DNA of 64,000 nt from an uncultured bacterium (GTDB taxonomy: Bacteria; Zixibacteria; MSB-5A5; GN15; FEB-12): the NCBI GenBank assembly GCA_965372795.1, contig CBDVDR010000001.1, positions 96,001 through 160,000 of the forward strand. The letters run 5' to 3'. The first letter of the stretch is position 1. Each line of letters begins with the position of its first letter. Below the pieces are notes generated by a model. It made no database searches. It was not told the origin of the DNA and saw only the letters and a list, made by a program, of their open reading frames with translations. Made by a program: the position numbers and the translations under genes. Below, in pieces: positions 60,015-64,000 of the stretch.

Positions 60015-61712
60015 ATGAGTTACCTCGTATTAGCCCGAAAATACCGCCCCATGACTTTCAAAGACGTTGTGGCGCAAGAACATGTGACGAAAACTATCCA
60101 GAACAGCGTCCAAAATGACCGTCTGGGTTCCTCGTATCTGTTCTGCGGACCCCGAGGTACCGGAAAAACCACGACTGCCCGTATTTTGGCAAAAATGATA
60201 AATTGTGCCGAAGGTCCCACGCCGACTCCATGTGGTGAATGTGCTGCCTGTATCGAAATCACCAACGGTTCGTCACTTGATGTGCTTGAAATTGATGCTG
60301 CCTCAAATACCGGCGTCGATGATATTCGCACTTTGCGTGAGAATGTCCGCTATATGCCAACCTCGGGTAAAATGCGAATCTACATTATTGATGAAGTCCA
60401 TCGTTTATCGGGCGCGGCTTTTGATGCTTTATTGAAAACTCTTGAAGAACCACCGGCTCATGTGATGTTTATTTTTGCGACTACGGAACCGAACAAAGTT
60501 CCGGAGACGATTCTTTCCCGTACTCAGAGATTTGATTTTAAAAGAGTAACGGTTGAAGACCTGGCTAAAAATCTTATCAATATTGCCCAGAAAGACAAAG
60601 TTGAGGTTAATGATGCGGCGGCAAAATTACTCGCCCGCAAGGCTGATGGTTCGGTTCGGGATTCTCTTTCACTATTGGATCAAATAATAGCCTTTGCCGG
60701 AACAAAAATAATTGAACAAGATGTAATTGACGGCTTGGGATTAGTTGATCGGCAATTCCTATTTGAATTTACCGAAGCAATTGCCTCCAAAAATAGTAAA
60801 AATGTTCTTAAGCATATTCGCCAACTGTTCGAGAGCGGCGTTGATATAAAAGATTTTGTAAACGAGCTATTGGAACATCTTCGGGTTCTGATGATTCTTG
60901 CCACCGACAAAGAGGTTGGTCCGGAATTAAATTTTGCCGAAGAAGAGTTAAAGCAATATCTGGTTCAGGCTGACTATTTTTCAATCGGTGATATAATCAG
61001 GTTTATGACAATGGGTGCTGATTTGAATCGTGATTTACGAGGCGGCATGAATGAACGGTTGTTGCTTGAGATGACCGGCGTGAAGATGGCTGAAATGGAA
61101 TCGACTATCCTGTTGCAGGATGTCATCGCCCGTTTGGATGTTGTTTCACAATCGGGTGATTCAGGAGCTGATCTTTTCAAAACTCCAGAAAAAAAAAAGA
61201 GTTTAATTAACACCCCACCAGAAACCCCATCCCGAGAACGAGTTACTTTTGTAAAACGTGAGACTCCCCCGGACACAGAAAGTATTCCTGAAAAAGATTA
61301 TTCGGGACAGGTTAATATTCCAATTTTAACTCAGGGGTGGAGCAATTTTATCCAAAGTTTAAAATTAAAAAGCCCGATGCTGGCGTCTCAGTTGAGCATG
61401 GCTGAGATTAAAGAAGTAAAAGATAGCAAAATTCTGTTTGTTTTTTCTACTTCCGAACAGGCATCTAAGGAACTTGTTGAAAAACAGGATAATATTCGCG
61501 TAATAACTGATACATTACGGGATCATTTCAGAGCTAATATTAGTATAAGATTCGATATCGACAACGATAAGAATTCTCATTCGAAAGAAGAGAATGAAAT
61601 TGAAACGAATAATCAGAGTGTCGCAAAATTGATTGAACAATCCCCGAGGATAAAATCTTTGATCGAAAAGGTCGATGGGGAAATTATCGGTTTGAAGAAA
61701 ATAAAAAAATAA
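60015..61712 (+). CDS. dnaX: DNA polymerase III gamma/tau
   Basis: [37 protein letters not shown]; start ATG 60015. Confidence 0.97.
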   Translation: MSYLVLARKYRPMTFKDVVAQEHVTKTIQNSVQNDRLGSSYLFCGPRGTGKTTTARILAKMINCAEGPTPTPCGECAACIEITNGSSLDVLEIDAASNTGVDDIRTLRENVRYMPTSGKMRIYIIDEVHRLSGAAFDALLKTLEEPPAHVMFIFATTEPNKVPETILSRTQRFDFKRVTVEDLAKNLINIAQKDKVEVNDAAAKLLARKADGSVRDSLSLLDQIIAFAGTKIIEQDVIDGLGLVDRQFLFEFTEAIASKNSKNVLKHIRQLFESGVDIKDFVNELLEHLRVLMILATDKEVGPELNFAEEELKQYLVQADYFSIGDIIRFMTMGADLNRDLRGGMNERLLLEMTGVKMAEMESTILLQDVIARLDVVSQSGDSGADLFKTPEKKKSLINTPPETPSRERVTFVKRETPPDTESIPEKDYSGQVNIPILTQGWSNFIQSLKLKSPMLASQLSMAEIKEVKDSKILFVFSTSEQASKELVEKQDNIRVITDTLRDHFRANISIRFDIDNDKNSHSKEENEIETNNQSVAKLIEQSPRIKSLIEKVDGEIIGLKKIKK

Positions 61713-61732
61713 ACATTTTCGAAGGAGATGTC

Positions 61733-62059
61733 ATGAATAAAGGTTCAATGGGTAATATGATGAAGCAGGCTCAGAAGATGCAGGAGCAGATGCAAAAGAT
61801 GCAGGAAGAGCTTGAAAATACGGAGGTTGAAGGATCATCCGGCGGCGGCATGATCAAAGTGACAGCCAACGGTAAGGGTGATGTGACTACGATAACAATT
61901 GATCCGGAAGTTGTCGACAAAGAAGATGTTGAAATGCTTCAGGATTTAATTCTGGCTGCAATTGCTCAGGCTAAAGAGAAGTCACAGGAATTACAAGCCG
62001 AACAGATGTCAAGTATCACCGGCGGATTAAATCTCCCCGGATTGAATTTACCTTTTTAA
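61733..62059 (+). CDS. ybaB: YbaB/EbfC nucleoid-associated protein
   Basis: [26 protein letters not shown]. Confidence 0.95.
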   Translation: MNKGSMGNMMKQAQKMQEQMQKMQEELENTEVEGSSGGGMIKVTANGKGDVTTITIDPEVVDKEDVEMLQDLILAAIAQAKEKSQELQAEQMSSITGGLNLPGLNLPF

Positions 62060-62073
62060 TAGCTTGAGAATTT

Positions 62074-62670
62074 ATGTTTAAATCAGCCGGATCAGTTGAA
62101 AAACTTGCCAACCGTTTAGCGCGCCTTCCCGGTATCGGAAGGAAATCTGCTAACAGACTGGCTTTTCATATTCTTAAACTTTCAAAAGAGGAAGCTTTTG
62201 ACCTTTCTGATATTATTCGGGAGGTAAAAGAGAAGGTTGGGTTCTGTTCAAAATGCAACAATGTTTCTGAAACCGATCCCTGTCAGATATGCACTGACCC
62301 GAATCGAGTTAGAAGTATTATTTGTGTTGTAGAAGAATCAGCCGATGCCGCCGCTATTGATAAAGTTGAAGGATTCAAAGGACTCTTTCATATTTTGGGC
62401 GGGAGACTCTCACCCCTTGATGGTATTGGTCCTGATGATTTAAAAATCAGAGAACTGCTTGACCGGATTGTAGATGAGGTTGAGGAAATAGTTATCGCCA
62501 CAAATCCTAATGTCGAGGGTGAAGCGACAGCAATTTATCTATCTAAACTTTTGAAGCCTTTGGGATTGAAAGTTACAAGAATTGCAAGGGGACTTCCGGT
62601 TGGCTCTGATTTGGAATATGCTGACTCGGTGACACTCAGTCGCGCTTTAGAAGGAAGACAGGATTTTTAA
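62074..62670 (+). CDS. recR: Recombination mediator RecR
   Basis: LPGIGRKSA.RLA, C4 zinc finger, LSPLDGIGP, EGEATA. Confidence 0.97.
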   Translation: MFKSAGSVEKLANRLARLPGIGRKSANRLAFHILKLSKEEAFDLSDIIREVKEKVGFCSKCNNVSETDPCQICTDPNRVRSIICVVEESADAAAIDKVEGFKGLFHILGGRLSPLDGIGPDDLKIRELLDRIVDEVEEIVIATNPNVEGEATAIYLSKLLKPLGLKVTRIARGLPVGSDLEYADSVTLSRALEGRQDF

Positions 62671-62674
62671 ATAA

Positions 62675-64000
62675 ATGCTGAAAATTCTGGACAAAAAATT
62701 AGGTTTATACTTGCTGGCCGGGATAGCCTTTTATTTCATCATAGCCCAACATTTAGGACATCACCTGTTTGACAATAACTGGTCATTTTACCATTTCGAT
62801 TCAATTCCAACCTGGTATTTCTTTTTATGGATTTCAGTATTTATTTCATCAATAGTAATTTTCTTTAATTATCAAAAAAGTTTTGGACGATTTATTGATG
62901 GAAAACTTAATGCCCGTGTCGCCGGGGTGGCATTGTTTTTATTATTTATAATTTTCAGGTACGATTCTTTTGTGTTCGGTGACGGTAATCTTCGCATTAA
63001 TCAAATTGGAATAACAGAAAATATCTTTATCCGTTGGTTTGAATTTGGTTCAATATGGACAGTTAAAATAATTTATGAAATAATAAATTTTGTTGGCAGT
63101 TATTTTGACAATTTTAATCAGCCTACAGTTTATCGACTAAAACTATTCGCCGCAGCTAATGCCTGGATTGTCTTCTCGTATATTTCAATTATCTTAGCAG
63201 CAATATCCGCTTTCAAAATCACTCATGAACTCAGCCCCGATCATTCCCGTCGCTGGTTAATATTTGTAATTCTGTTTTTTGGACCACAAAGTTTACTTTA
63301 TTTTGGATATACCGGACTTGAACCTGTTATTGTAGCTTTTATTTATTGGTTCGCACTGTTTGCAATTAAATTATCTTATCGTTTTACAACAAATCGATTA
63401 ATGATGCTTTGGTTGATTCAATTACTGGCGATATTCTTCCACATCAGTCTTGTAATACTAATTCCAGCTTCAATTTATATATCAATAAAATCACTTATCA
63501 AATGGAAATTCAGACGAAAACTGGCGATAACTTTTGCCATGGCTGCATATTTGATAATGATTGTTGTGACATATATACTTTCCCGGGAAAATTTTGAATT
63601 TTCTAAATACATTCTGTTTCTATCCGGCAAGAATCCTCACTCTGATTATGGTTTGTTTTCTCTCAGACATTTAGGTGATATTTTTCAAGCCTTCGGATTT
63701 CTTTTCCCTCAATTTATAGTAATTTTTTATCTCTTAATCGGAAAAGACAAATTCAGAAATATTAAAGGAATGGGTGTTTCGATAATTATTGCAATTCCGG
63801 CACTAACCTTATTTTTTATTGCCGATCCAATCAACGGCATGCCATTTGATATCCCCCGGTTTACAGCTTTGCTCACGCCGCTGTCATTAGTGTTGGTTTT
63901 GGCAGTACGCGATGTTGATTTTTGCATCAAAGGAATCCCAATCTTTACCCGTTCGTTAGCAGCTCTTTGTATGTTCGTACCTTTGAGTTATATACCGGTC
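62675..64000 (+). CDS. Polytopic membrane protein, runs off right edge (possibly GT-C-like)
   Basis: Missing from ORF track. ATG 62675, MLKILDKKLGLYLLAG...FRYDSFVFGDGNLR, many hydrophobic segments. Confidence 0.65.
   Translation, partial: MLKILDKKLGLYLLAGIAFYFIIAQHLGHHLFDNNWSFYHFDSIPTWYFFLWISVFISSIVIFFNYQKSFGRFIDGKLNARVAGVALFLLFIIFRYDSFVFGDGNLRINQIGITENIFIRWFEFGSIWTVKIIYEIINFVGSYFDNFNQPTVYRLKLFAAANAWIVFSYISIILAAISAFKITHELSPDHSRRWLIFVILFFGPQSLLYFGYTGLEPVIVAFIYWFALFAIKLSYRFTTNRLMMLWLIQLLAIFFHISLVILIPASIYISIKSLIKWKFRRKLAITFAMAAYLIMIVVTYILSRENFEFSKYILFLSGKNPHSDYGLFSLRHLGDIFQAFGFLFPQFIVIFYLLIGKDKFRNIKGMGVSIIIAIPALTLFFIADPINGMPFDIPRFTALLTPLSLVLVLAVRDVDFCIKGIPIFTRSLAALCMFVPLSYIPV

Overview
AT-rich bacterial chromosome segment, probably from a Gram-negative anaerobe of the Zixibacteria type (inferred from two secreted proteins ending in a C(C)xGxRGN-dockerin-like module, plus LPS heptose genes). 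The core backbone holds a YfhO/flippase/GT2 glycosylation cluster, pyrR-pyrB-pyrC with a PyrR RNA site, a long minus-strand run (rfaE1-rfaE2-TPR-Xaa-Pro peptidase-accB-pilT-accC-gcvH-gcvPA-gcvPB-ecfA), a GH57 branching enzyme, a PAS kinase/response regulator, aspS-phoH-HD-ybeY-CNNM, tRNA-Ala(CGC), large SRP RNA and dnaX-ybaB-recR. Two palindrome-rich accessory regions interrupt it. The first (~5.1-16.2 kb) has a TM-TPR array, umuDC, an octaheme HAO-like cytochrome, small cargo genes and a RAYT transposase. The second (~53.7-59.9 kb) has a putative HEPN-STAND-TPR protein, an 'STGPKT' family ORF and a Cys-rich dockerin protein. Main hidden signals: (1) an unannotated UxxC thioredoxin-TPR selenoprotein with a SECIS-like hairpin inside the gcv operon; (2) a three-copy dispersed element family whose coding copy is the STGPKT ORF, with two copies bracketing the STAND gene; (3) a RAYT with a non-GTAG hairpin family and 28-bp tail units; (4) an A10G slippage site in dnaX. 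All calls are by eye; no searches were run.
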